Assembly: GCA_951406725.2 (NCBI GenBank)
Contig: OX597836.1
Location: forward strand, 16,678,001 to 16,742,000
From: Octopus vulgaris
Taxonomy: Eukaryota
DNA length: 64,000 bases
Direction of reading: 5' to 3'
A program made the translations under genes and the position numbers. Positions 51,877 through 64,000 of this stretch are shown in pieces (position 1 is the first letter of the stretch; each line of letters starts with the position of its first letter). Below the pieces are notes generated by a model. It saw only the letters and a program-made list of their open reading frames with translations. It made no database searches and was not told the DNA's origin.

Positions 51877-52423
51877 TCTTTCATACTATCCCCTCTTCTA
51901 TTCCATTATTCTTCTAATCTCTTTCTCTCACTCATACATTTTATCTCTTGTTTATACGCACACACTTTACTTACACATACACATACACACATACATACAC
52001 ATACATAAACGTGTGTATATGAAACTGGTTCATATTCTTATACGTTTTATCTTTCTCTTTCTTTTTCCATTTCTATTTCTATTGACAGTTATCTTCAATT
52101 GTAAGTCTCAACTCCACATCACACCACTCTACTCCACTTCCACTTCACTCACTTGTTTATTAGAAGCTTACAGGACATCGCCTCTCCAATACCCACAAAA
52201 CACACCATCTCTCTCTCTTTCTATTTCTTTTAGTCACTCTTTCTTTCTCTCTTTCGCGACCCTCACTCACTTTCTCTTACAATAACTTCAATTTTCTTCC
52301 GACCCTTCCTCTCATTCCTCTGTTTATCTTTTTCTTCTGCTCTTTTCATTCATTTGTACTTCCTTCACCTCCTTTCTCTGACGACTCACTTCTGTGTATA
52401 TATATATATATATATATAATCTC

Positions 52424-52491
<68 letters not shown>

Positions 52492-53194
52492 TTTTCTCTA
52501 GAGTTTTCTATTTACAAATTTAAGTCTTTCTTCATTCTCCTCTTTCTTTCTTTCTTAATCTCTCTCTCTCTCTTTCTCTGTATCTCTCTTTGTGTCTAAC
52601 TGTCATTATATCATGCTACCCTTTAAATTCTATTTCGTATTTATTATTACCAATGACCAATAAACACAACCCGCCCTGCTTTGCCTCACGCAGACGCATA
52701 AGTATATGCTATACAAGCGGAAATATGTATATACGTATGTATGCATATATATATATATGCATAGATACATTCATACATGTGCGTTGCATGAGAAATATAT
52801 ATATGCATGCACACACATCATATATATATATATATATGCATAGATACAGTCATACATGTGCGTTGCATGAGAATATATATATGCATGCACACATATCATA
52901 TATACATTATTTATTTATTTATTTATTTATTGTGACATTAAAATTCTTTTGAACTTTCGGGAGAACGAGAAATAATTATTTTTCTGCACACATAACACTA
53001 TAAACAATAGTATGTAAACACTAGGTGGAAAAATATATGCATACATACTTATACACACACGCCCATGTGTATGAATGTATATACAAATAGGTACTGTAAC
53101 GAAAGAAAACCTACAACTACACACACACACATATTACATACATATATATACATACATTATATATATATGGATCGCCTATATATATATATATATT

Positions 53195-53342
53195 CCGGAG
53201 TAAGCACATAAATGTAAAACAAGGTGGAAAAAAGAGTACTCAAATACCCGAGGCAGAGTAATATGCTTTATTTAAAAGCAGCAGAAATATAACAAATGCT
53301 GTTACTCAGAGTTTCACGTTCCCATTCGTCGGACAGTTTTGT
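53195..53342 (-). mobile_element. Penelope-like LTR fragment with CCGACGA hammerhead-like motif
   Basis: Near-identical to 15174-15321. Both copies are embedded in (TA)n. Confidence 0.5.
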
Positions 53343-54218
53343 TAATATATATATATATATAATAACAAATTAATAAATAAAACATGGATATATGTACGTG
53401 CCTACATCTACATGTATATATGCATGCATATATGGGTACAGGACACCAAAAAAAAAAACGTCGAACTCAATGAGAAACGAAAACATAAACACAAAACCAT
53501 AAACATAAAGATATATATATATATACACGCACACATGCCTAGCTACAAAGATGCTAATGCCTAACTAGCGCAAATTCACAAAATATACATAAACACACGT
53601 GCTCGTAGATGATCCAGACACAACAACACAAGAGTAAACATCCAAGATGTCCCATTCCTACCACCGCCCTACATACACACACATGGATACACTTAAGGCC
53701 TTGAGGTCTACGTAGTGTCTGGCTCAAGCGTGAGTGTGAAATGTCCACTACGAAATAGATATATCTGTTAAATTTCGCTTCAGCATTTATAAACTTAATC
53801 CTGGTTAGCTTTAGAAGGGAGAGTTTGGTGGAAGTTTATGTGACATTTAGACCTCGTCGTGAGGTATTTAGTAATGTAAGGAGGCAGGGGTTGAAACCGC
53901 TCTATTGGGAATTGAAATTGGATCAACACTGGGCATATATTTGTGTGTGTATGCATGTGTGTGTGTGTATGCATGTGTCTGTATGCATGTGTGCGTGTGA
54001 TTGTGTATGTTGTGTGTCAAGTATATATATATATATATGCATATATACGTTTGTAATATACGTACGTCACACATGAATGTATAAATGTGTGTGCGTCTAT
54101 GCATGTCGCACACGTCGTATGTGTGTATATAAGTGCATGTCTGTATGCAACAATATGCATGTCTGTATGCAACAATATGTATGTGTGCATGTCATGAACA
54201 TATATGTTTGTATACGAG

Positions 54219-54250
<32 letters not shown>

Positions 54251-54369
54251 CAATATTTTATAATTTTATAATTATAATTACCGAAAAATGGTCCTTTTAA
54301 CATGCTGAATTCTACTTAGTGGAATTATTAATTACTAGTTAATTAATTTTACCCTTTATTATTACTGAT

Positions 54370-54402
<33 letters not shown>

Positions 54403-55057
54403 CGCAAACACGTCTCTAGATGTGTGTGTGTGTGCTCTTGCGTGTTAAAGTTTCAAAGTGTTCGACGAAAACAAAACAAAAAAACATTGTTGTCACTTAT
54501 GCTGTGTCCTGTAATCTTTCATTTCTGCAACTAGATATCGATTTAAGAAATATAAGTATTGGAGTATCGCACTATGATTGATTAAATTCTCGAAGGCCTT
54601 GCCCCAGAATGGCCACAGTCCAATGACTTGTTAATAAGTGAGACGTGAATAAAATGATCTAGAATATAAATGCATAAATATCTAGGTATTATAATACACC
54701 CCCTTTTTTTTTTTCATTGATACATCACACAAAGCGTCACTCGTATTCGGGGTCTTCTGCTATTTTGGCTTGCAACAAACCTCTAAACATTTTCTGATGA
54801 AGGATTTCTTCAGCTGCACTGAAAAATAACTTTTACTCCACCACTACCACCACCACTCTGTGTGTGTGTGTGAATGTGTTGGTGTATGTGCATGCGTGTA
54901 ACTATGTGAATCTCTTTGTGTTGGTTTGTTTACATCCCCATAACATAGAAGTTCAGCAGTAAAAAAATCTGAAGGAATAAATACCAAGTTTATATAAATA
55001 AGTACTGGGGTCAACTCATTCGACTAAAACCCTACAAGGCGTAGTACCAACCAATAT

Positions 55058-55290
55058 GGCAGCTAGCTGGCAGAAATGTTAGCACGCCGGGCGAAATGCT
55101 TAGCGGTATTTCGTCTGCCGTTACGTTCTGAGTTCGAATTCCGCTGAGGTGGACTTTGCCTTTCATCCTTTCGAAGTCGATAAATTAAGTACCAGTTACA
55201 CACTGGGGTCGATGTAATCGACTTAATACCTATGTCTGTCCTTGTTTGTCCCCTCTGTGTTTAGCCCCTTGTGGGTAATAAAGAAATAGG
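55058..55290 (+). mobile_element. SINE family 2
   Basis: Full head, core and tail, like 1815-2030. Confidence 0.85.
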
Positions 55291-55616
55291 TTTGACAGGA
55301 GCTGGCCAACTGAAGAGCTGCCCAGGTTCCATATCTGTTCTGGTATGATTTCTATGCCTGGCTGCCACCCTTCCTAATGCCAACCACTTTAAGTATGCAC
55401 TGGGTGTTTTTACACAGCTCCAACATGAATGCTTTTACGTGGCCCCAGCATGGGTGCTTCTTACGTGGCACCAGCACCCATAAGCCCACAAGATTAGGAA
55501 CACTCCACTAAAAGAGGTATGCAGGGGACATGCCTGTATGCAAGGATAAGCACAATTTTACTTAGCTCAACATGTCTTCTCAAGCAAAGCAAACTGCCAA
55601 GAGTCACAGTCCCTTA

Positions 55617-55651
<35 letters not shown>

Positions 55652-56871
55652 GAGGCACAAGCACCTACACATGCATACACACATATACACACGCAGCAGT
55701 AACTTCCGCCTACCAAATTCAGTCACAAAGCTTCGGTCAGCCCGGGGCTATAGCAGAAAACACTTGCCCAAGGTGCCATGCGGTGGGACTGAACCCGAAA
55801 CCATGTAGCTGGGAAGCAAGCCTCCTACCCACACAGCCATGCCCACGCTTATGTTTTAAATTAGCAGAGAGTTACAAAAGTGACTTGAGGGCCTAGAGTT
55901 TCAATGCATATCCTTGCTTCAGAGCTATGAACAAAACTCTCGACCCAGGAGTCACTTTTGAAATTTTCTGGCAATTGAAAGACATTGAAAAACAAACTCT
56001 ATAGAGACAGACACATAGGCAGGCAGAGAGAGAGAGAGAGTAAGAGAGAGGTAAAAAGAAAGACAGAATGAAAGAATGAAAAAAGAAAGAAAGAAACCTA
56101 ATATTCCTATCTCTAAGGTGTTTTTACCATAAACATGGTAATCTAACCTGCCTGCTTTTTTTTAAACTATCCCCTTCCTCGGCTAATATCTCCAGCCCTG
56201 TCCCTTTTCTCCCAAACAATAGAATCACTTTTCCCTCTGAAGTAAACAACATTTATTTTGCACTCTTTTCCATGTGGTGGATTTGTAGTAATAGATTTCA
56301 GTTGAAATCTTACTCGGGGTCAATCAACTTTTGAACTTCTTTCCTAGTTTGATAGAATGAAATAAAATACAGTGAAGTTACTGAGTTTGACTTGAATCAA
56401 CATCATGGCTTCATTTCAAGCCCCTCACACACACACACACACACACACACCATCCCTATATTATATTATATTATATATTAGCATGCCATAACTTGCATTG
56501 GTAAATTGATTTCAAGATATGTAACATAACTCAAAAGATGATGTAATACAAACAATATTTTTAAAAAACTTTATTAGTATAGAGGCACAGGCATGGCTGT
56601 GTAGTAAGAACTTCACTTCTGAGCCACATGGTTCTGGGTTCAATCCCACTGCATGGCACCTTGGGCAAGTGTCTTCTACTATAGCCTTGGGCCAGTCAAA
56701 GACTTGTGAGTGGATTTGGTAGACAGAAACAAAGCTGCTGTACATATACATATATCATCATCATCATCATCATCATCATCTTTAACGTCTGCTTTCCATG
56801 CTAGCATGGGTTGGACAGTTCAACTGGGGTCTGGGAAGCCAGAAGGCTGCACCAGGCCCAGTCTGATCTTC

Positions 56872-56917
<46 letters not shown>

Positions 56918-57242
56918 CAGACAGACAGACAGTTGTATGTGTATATCTGTCACCCATCACCCCTTGACAACATTTGTGTGTGTGTGTGGTTTACATCCCC
57001 CATAACTTAGCACTTTGGCAAAAGAGACTGATAGAATAATGCTTAAAAATAAGTACTGGAGTCAATTCATTTCACTAAAATTTCTCGAGGTGGTGCCCCA
57101 GCATGGCCTCAGTCTAATGACAGAAACAAGTAAAAGATAAAAGATATCTGTTTTAATAAATGATTTGTACATATTTTCACCTGTATTTTATTTGATTATC
57201 CATTCCAGTTCTAGTTTTCAGGTGTTTTTCCTTTACCTGTTC

Positions 57243-57609
57243 TGCCTTTTAGTCGAGCAAATCGACCCCAGGACTTATTCTTTGTAAGCCTAGCACTTAT
57301 TCTATCGGTCTCTTTTGCCGAACCGCTAAGTTACAGGGATGTAAACACACCAGCATTGTTTGTCAAGCGTTGTTGGGGGGGGGGGGGGGGACAAACACAG
57401 ACGCACAAATATATACACACACTCATACATACATATATACATATATACAACAGGCTTCTTTCAGTTTCCGTCTACCAAATCCACTCAAGGCTTTGGTCGG
57501 CCCGAGGCTATAGCAGAAGACACTTGCCCAAGGTGCCATGCAGTGGGAATGAACCCGGAACCATGTGGTTGATAAGCAAACTACTTACCACATAGCCACT
57601 CCTGTGCCT
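57243..57609 (-). mobile_element. SINE family 1
   Basis: Same as 8160-8567, with the tail clipped. Confidence 0.82.
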
Positions 57610-59814
57610 ATAAATCAATTGAAGTTAAGGTTTATTTTCCTGTTCATTTCTTTGTTAAAAAAATGTTACAACAAAAATAACAGTTGTGTTTGTGAAAGTG
57701 AAAGTATATTTCTATTTTTCCAGTTTAATGGGCAAAAAGTATTTCTTGTGCAGAGAGTGAAAGATTTATGTATATTTTTTAAATTAGAAAATAATGAAAG
57801 AATATACTGATATTTAAATAATCATTTAAATGATATCAATTTCGTTAGTGACATCCCAACCACTGATTTAAATTTTAGTTGGAATAAAATATTTACAGCA
57901 TAAAAGGCATTATTATTAACCATTCAAAAACATCTAAAGACTGCTGACTTCACTTAAACATTTATTATTTGGTGAAGCCACATCAGTGACCAGGTTTTAA
58001 TCAGTGTGACAAAATTTTTTATACCAAATGATAGATATTTAAGTGAAGATAGCAGTTTCTGTGCATTTTAAAATAGCTTATATGGATCTTCTACACTGTA
58101 AATGCTTCAGTTTCAACACAGTCTTAGATTAAATTGTTTTCTTTGCAAGGGGTAAAGATCCCCCCCCCCCCGCCCAAAAAGTTTTATGGGCATAGAAGTG
58201 GCTTTGTGGTAAGTACCTTGCTTACCAAGCACATGGTTCCGGGTCATAGTGCTAGTATATATGTATATATATATATAAATATATGTGTGTGTCTGTGTTT
58301 GACAACCGATGTTGGTGTGTTTACGTCCCCATAACTTAGCAGTTCGTCAAAAGAGACCGATAGAATAAGTCAAAAAGACAAAGAATAAGTCCTGAGGTCG
58401 CTTTTTTCGACATAAAGGCATTACTCCTGTATGGCCGCAGTCAAATGACTGAAACAAATAAAAGAATATATATATATATATGTATGTATACACGACGGGC
58501 TTCTTTCAGTTTCCAACGACCAAATCCACTCGCAAGACTTTGGTTGGCCTGAAGCTATAATAGAAGATGCTTGCCCAAACTGCCACACAGTGGGACTGAT
58601 ATATATGTATATATATATGACAGGCTTCTTTCAGTTTCCATCTACCATATCTACGCAGAAGGCTTTGGTGTGCCAGGGGCTATAATAGAAGATAGTTGCC
58701 CAAGGTGCCGTGCAGCTGAACTGAACCCAATACTAAATGGCTGGGAAGCTGGAAACAAGCTTCTTACCACATTGCTACGCCTGCGCCTATGTATATAGGG
58801 CACCATATTATCATCCCTTTAAAGTAAAATCAAAACGGTAAGGTATGAACTGAAGGGAATTTGGCTGCTATTTCTAACAAACCCGAGCTGCCCCAACTGA
58901 CTCGATTACAAGCGTGTAAAAGCAGCAGCTGTAGCAGCAACAACAACAACAGCAGCAGTTGTAGCAGATGGGATTTTGTTATACTATCTGCCTGGGGCCA
59001 TTTCGCTCATAAGTTTCTTTGACATTTCATGAAAGGCAAGAAGGCGGTAGGCTCCCTAAGGTACACGCATATATAGACTGCCTTGACTGGCTGGCTAAAT
59101 GGTTGACTTGTTGGCTGGTTAGTCGGTTGGGTACTGGCTTGCTGGCTGGTTTACTGGTTGGTTGGTTGGTTGGTTAGTTGATTGGTTGGCTGTTTGGGCT
59201 ACAGATGCTTCGCGAATGTTCTAGAATCTAGATTATAACATAAAGAAATAGAAAAAGGTACTACTTAAGAATAGTGGTCCCGGTGCGCGCACTCGCGTAC
59301 TCGCGCATCCGTGCTAGCTAGTCGTGATTAGTCGATCCTTACTTTGTGTTTTTGTGTTTTATTTACTTTGTTTTAAAAAAATTATTTATTTTGTGTTTTA
59401 TTTACTTTGCTAGGTAATCGTTTTAGGGATCTTTTCCTTTTGATGGACGGAATTTTCAAAAGAAAACATTATTGTAAACAAAATTGAAAACAAAATTGTA
59501 ATTTGTAAGTTTAACGTAGTTTAATTCTTCGAAATGTTATAATCTAGATTCTAGAACATTCGTGAAGCATCAGTAGCCCAAACAGCCAACCAATCAACTA
59601 ACCAACCAACCAGCCAGTAAACCAAGCGCGGATGCGTGAGTACGCGAGTGCGCGCACCGGGACCACTCTTCTGAAGAAGTACCATAGAAAAAATACCTTC
59701 CAAGGTTTTAATATTTCGTTCATCAAGGCAGGAGTTACAGGGACCAGTAGTAGTAGTAGTAGTGGTAACAACGGTGATGATGGGGGTGGGGTGATGTAGG
59801 CGGTATTACCAATA

Positions 59815-60046
59815 TATGTTTCTTTATTGCCCACAAGGGGCTAAACACAGAGGGGACAAACAAGGAAAGACAAACGGATTAAGTCGATTATATCGACCCC
59901 AGTGCGTAACTGGTACTTATTTAATCGACCCCGGAAGGATGAAAGGCAAAGTCGACCTCGGTGGAATTTGAACTCAGAACGTAGCGGCAGACGAAATACG
60001 GCTACGCATTTCGCCTGGCATGCTAACGATTCTGCCAGCTCGCCGC
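59815..60046 (-). mobile_element. SINE family 2
   Basis: Reverse complement of the family consensus. Confidence 0.85.
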
Positions 60047-60354
60047 AGGAATGGTGTTCTGTGTTGGTGCATGTGTGTGTATACTCCTACTGACTACCAA
60101 AATGAGACAGGTCATCTTGGTCAGGGTTCGCCAAGGTTACATCAACAACAGCAACAACAATAACACTAGAACCTTTAGCGACGACTCCGGTGTAATGCAA
60201 AAAAAAAAAGGTTCATATAACGTAATTGTTACATCTGCCTATTCTGAGAGTAAAACTTGATTCTGATATTGTTGTAGTTTATTTAACCCCTGGCTCGGGA
60301 ATGAAATTTGCTAAGGGGAGGGTGTAAACTCAAGTCCAATATTTTTTTTTTGCA

Positions 60355-61512
60355 AATGAAAGCTAACTGGGAAGATAGTTTTTGTGTGTGACAAATGCTC
60401 AGGGGCAATAAACACTGAAAATGGGCAGAAAACAACTTCCGTCACATGCCGGGGGCGGGGGGGAACTAGAGGTAGTTGATGGCTTCCATTACCTTGGTGA
60501 CCAAGTCAGTAGCAGGGGTGGATGCTCTGAGAGTGTAGTAAGTAGAATAAGAATAGCCTGGGCAAAGTTCAGAGAGCCCCTACCTCTGCTGGTGACAAAA
60601 GGCTTCTCGCTCAGAGTAAAAGGTAGACTGTACGACACATATGTGTGAACAGCCATGCTACATGGCAGTGAAACATGGGCCGTGACTGCTGAGGACGTGT
60701 GTAAGCTTGCAACGAATGAAGCTAGTATGCTCTGCTGGATTTGTAATGCCAGTGTGCATACACAACAGAGTGTAAGTGCCCTGAGAGAAAAGTTGGACAT
60801 GAGAAGCATCAGATGTGGTGTGCAAGAGAGATGACTGCGCTGGTATGGTCACGTGTTGCATATGGATGAGGACAGCTGTGTGAAAAAGTGACACACCCTA
60901 GCAGTAGAGGGAACCTGTGGAAGAGGTAGACCCAGGAAGGCCTGGGATGAGGTGGTGAAGCATGACCTTTGAATGTTGGGCCTCATGGAGGCAACAACAA
61001 GTGACTGAGACCGTTCAAGTTTTGCTGTGCTTGAGATGACCCAGCAAGCCACGTGAGACCATGACCATGGCCTATGCCAGTGTAGTATAACTGGCCCATT
61101 TAAGAGTACCCTCAATCATTGGGCAATAAACTGCGCTTGCAAAGACCTGTTGAGTCAAGTGAAGTCATTGTTGTGGCTGATAACAGTACCACCTGATTGG
61201 CACCCGTACTAGTGGCACATAAGAAGCACCATTTGAGTGTGGCCGTTGCCAGTGCCACCTGACTGGCTCCCATGCCAGTGGCACATAAAAAGCACCATTC
61301 AAGCATAGTTGATGCCAGTACCACCTGACTGGTCCTCGTGCCAGTGGCATGTAAAAAGCACCCACTACACTCTCAGAGTGGTTGGCATTAAGAAGGATAT
61401 CTAGATCAGATTGGAGCCTGGTGCAGCCTTCTGGCTTGCCAGCCTTCAGTCAAACCATCCAATCCATGCCAGCATGGAAAGTGGGCGTTAAACAACGACA
61501 ATGATGATGATG
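60355..61512 (+). mobile_element. 5'-truncated RTE-clade LINE (decayed RT C-terminus plus 3' UTR)
   Basis: LEVVDGFHYLGD...SRIRIAWAKFRE...KGRLY...MLHGSETW...LRWYGHVLHM...GRGRPRKAW with stops, then a repeat-containing 3' UTR and a (GAT)n tail. Confidence 0.9.
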
Positions 61513-61942
61513 TTGATTATTATTATTATTATCATTATTGTTGAGTAAGAAAGCTGCGCATGCCATTGAAGTGATGCTGGGGTACAAATACACAAAGCCC
61601 AATATAGTCATCATGACTACCCATCTGATAAGGATGCACTAGGTACATGCATCACAACCATATGTGCATCACATGGTGACCTCACTTCAAGATAAACAGT
61701 GCATGATTTTGCAGGTGGGACCCAGTTAGAACTTTCTTCAGGTTGAGTAGCCCAACCCACTCAAAAGGTTCCTGATTAAGTGTTGTTTAAAGATGATGAA
61801 CAAAACACCTGTTTCCAGGGGTGAATTATTCAAACCCTAAAGAATCTTTCTTAACACATGGGTATAATGCTCCCACATTATTCCTGCTTGGGATCAGCTA
61901 CTGAAGGACATGCTCGACTGGTTATGGTTATTATTATTATTA

Positions 61943-61995
<53 letters not shown>

Positions 61996-62002
61996 GTTAT
62001 TA

Positions 62003-62037
<35 letters not shown>

Positions 62038-62039
<2 letters not shown>

Positions 62040-62502
62040 GGCAGTGAGCAGACAGATTTGTTAGCATGTTAGCATGCCAGAAAAAAATGCTTGGTGGGAT
62101 TTTGTCCGTCTTTAAGTTCTGAATTCAAATTCTGCCGAGGTTGACTTTGCCTTTCATCCTTTTAGGTCAATAAAATAAGTGCCAGTCAAGCACTGGGGTT
62201 GATGTAATCGACTTATCCCCTCCCCTGAACTTTCTGGCCTTGTGTCAAAATTTGAAATCATCATTATCATTATTATTTTTTTCTAATTAGGGCAATGAAC
62301 AGGCAGAATCATTAGCATGGTGGGCAAAACGCTTAGCGGCATTTCGTCCATCTCTACATTCTAAGTTCAAATTCCGCTGAGGTCAGCTTTGCTTTCATAC
62401 TTTCAAGATTGATAAAATACATACCAGTTAAATACTGGGGTTCATGCAATCAATTTACCCACTTCCCCAAAATTGCTGGCCTTGCGCAAAAATTTGAAAC
62501 CA
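62038..62502 (+). mobile_element. Two diverged SINE family 2 variants with (ATT)n tails
   Basis: Core gaggttgactttgcctttcatcc and tail ggccttgtg..aaaatttgaaa. Confidence 0.7.
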
Positions 62503-63056
62503 TTATTATCATTATCATTTTATTATTTATTATTTCATTTTTTAGGTCCTGAATCTTTGATGTTCAAAACCAAAATCTGATTACCATAAAAGGGCATAAT
62601 AATAACAACAACAACAACAACAACAACAATAATAATAAAAACGAAACATTCTCACTTAAAACAATGAAGCACCTGACTTTGTACTTTGTTCACTCCTTTT
62701 TATTTTTATTTTTTTTATGGAGGGGGTTATTGTTTTTGTCTTGTGCTTTTTTGTTTGTCTTGTTTTCTGGCATCACGTGTTCTACCTGGATATTAATGTT
62801 ACCTTGATATTAAATGACACTGATTACCCCCAGTAAATAAATAAATAAATAAATAAATATATCAAATATGCTGAAACGTTTATATGCAATTTGAGTGCAA
62901 GCATGGCTGTGTGGTATGAAGTTTGATTTCCAATCACATGGTCCTGGGTTCAATGCCACTTTGGGCAACTGACTTCTATTATAACCCTAGGTCTACCAAA
63001 TCTACCTTGTGAGTAGATTTGGTAGACGGAAACTGGAGAAAGTTCATTGCATGTAT

Positions 63057-63423
63057 ACTCTTTACTCTTTTACTTGTTTCAGTCATTTGACTGCAGCCAT
63101 GCTGGAGCACTGCCTTTAGTCGAGCAAATCGACCCCAGGACTTATTCTTTGTAAGCCCAGTACTTATTCTATTGGTCTCTTTTGCCGAACTGCTAAGTTA
63201 CGGGGACGTAAACACACCAGCATCGGTTGTCAAGCAATGCTAGGGAGACAAACACAGACACCCAAACACATACATACACATATATATATATATATATATA
63301 TGTACATATATACGACAGGCTTCTTTCAGTTTCCGTCTACCAAATCCACTCACAAGGCATTGGTCGGCCCGGGACTATAGCAGAAGACACTTGCCCATGA
63401 TGCCATGCAGTGGGACTGAACCC
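63057..63423 (-). mobile_element. SINE family 1
   Basis: Runs from the tail through the B box. Confidence 0.85.
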
Positions 63424-63475
63424 ATATATTTATGTCTATCTGTATATTTTTGTGTTTGTGTTGTGGTTATCCAGT

Positions 63476-63785
63476 GAAGGTGTGTGGCTTAGTGGTTAGG
63501 GTATTTGGCTTACAGTTGTAAGGTCGTGAGTTCAATCCCCAGTGGTGCATTGTGTTCTTGAGCAAGATACTTTATTTCATGTTGCTCCAGTGCACTGAGC
63601 TGGCAAACATGAGTTGTAACTGTACTTCAAAAGGTCAGCTTTGTCACATTCTGTTTTATAATGAATCTCCCTGAGAACTACATTAAGGGCATATGTGTCT
63701 GTGGAGTGCTCAGCCACTTGCATGTTATGTTCATGAGCAGGTTGGATCAACTGGAACCCTGGTCCTCATAAGCAACAGAGTGCCA
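63476..63785 (+). mobile_element. tRNA-derived CORE-like SINE family 4
   Basis: tggcttagtggttagg (A box), gagttcaatcc (B box), CORE-like tgtgttcttgagcaagatacttta. Confidence 0.7.
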
Positions 63786-64000
63786 ATTGCGTTTGTCCCC
63801 CAGCATTGTGACAATCGGTGTTGCTTTATTTATGCCCTCAAGTCGGCACAGTCGTTAGCAGCATTTTGTTTGTCACAACATTCTGAGTTCAAATTCTGTC
63901 GAGGTCAACTTTGCCTTTCATCCTTTTGGGGTCGATAAATTAAGTACCTGTGAAACACTGGAGACGATGTAAAAAAAACTAGTCCCCTACCCAAAAGTTT

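Noticed and set aside
54794-54830. CTGATGA...GAAA as a further hammerhead (also considered at 36102)
   Set aside because: Stems II and III cannot be formed.

Overview
AT-rich, repeat-dense eukaryotic genomic DNA. The SINE/RTE repertoire and the (TA)/(CA)/(GATA) microsatellite load point to an octopus (coleoid cephalopod) genome; this is an inference. Almost all ORFs in the supplied track are microsatellite or repeat artefacts. The main gene is a complete minus-strand MAP-kinase-interacting kinase (MKNK/Mnk/Lk6). Ten phase-consistent GT-AG coding exons run from 50294 down to 25298 and give about 481 aa, with the polybasic eIF4G/NLS stretch, DFD motif, TTP..TP activation loop, zinc-binding insert and LARRR MAPK-docking site. 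It has a TATA/CRE/ETS promoter near 51.3 kb, a candidate alternative 68-codon first exon, and a roughly 3 kb U-rich 3' UTR. Two further in-frame minus-strand exons (10517-10390, 4608-4503) suggest a second, coiled-coil-like gene. The most striking non-coding signal is a cluster of Penelope-type hammerhead ribozyme motifs from three unrelated sequence families at 14.7-17.0 kb. One has a perfect canonical core and two face each other in a near-perfect palindrome; another copy lies at 53.3 kb. The rest is tRNA-SINEs, RTE and CRE LINE remnants, a Helitron, a DD37D (maT) transposon, nested TTAA MITEs and several local tandem arrays.
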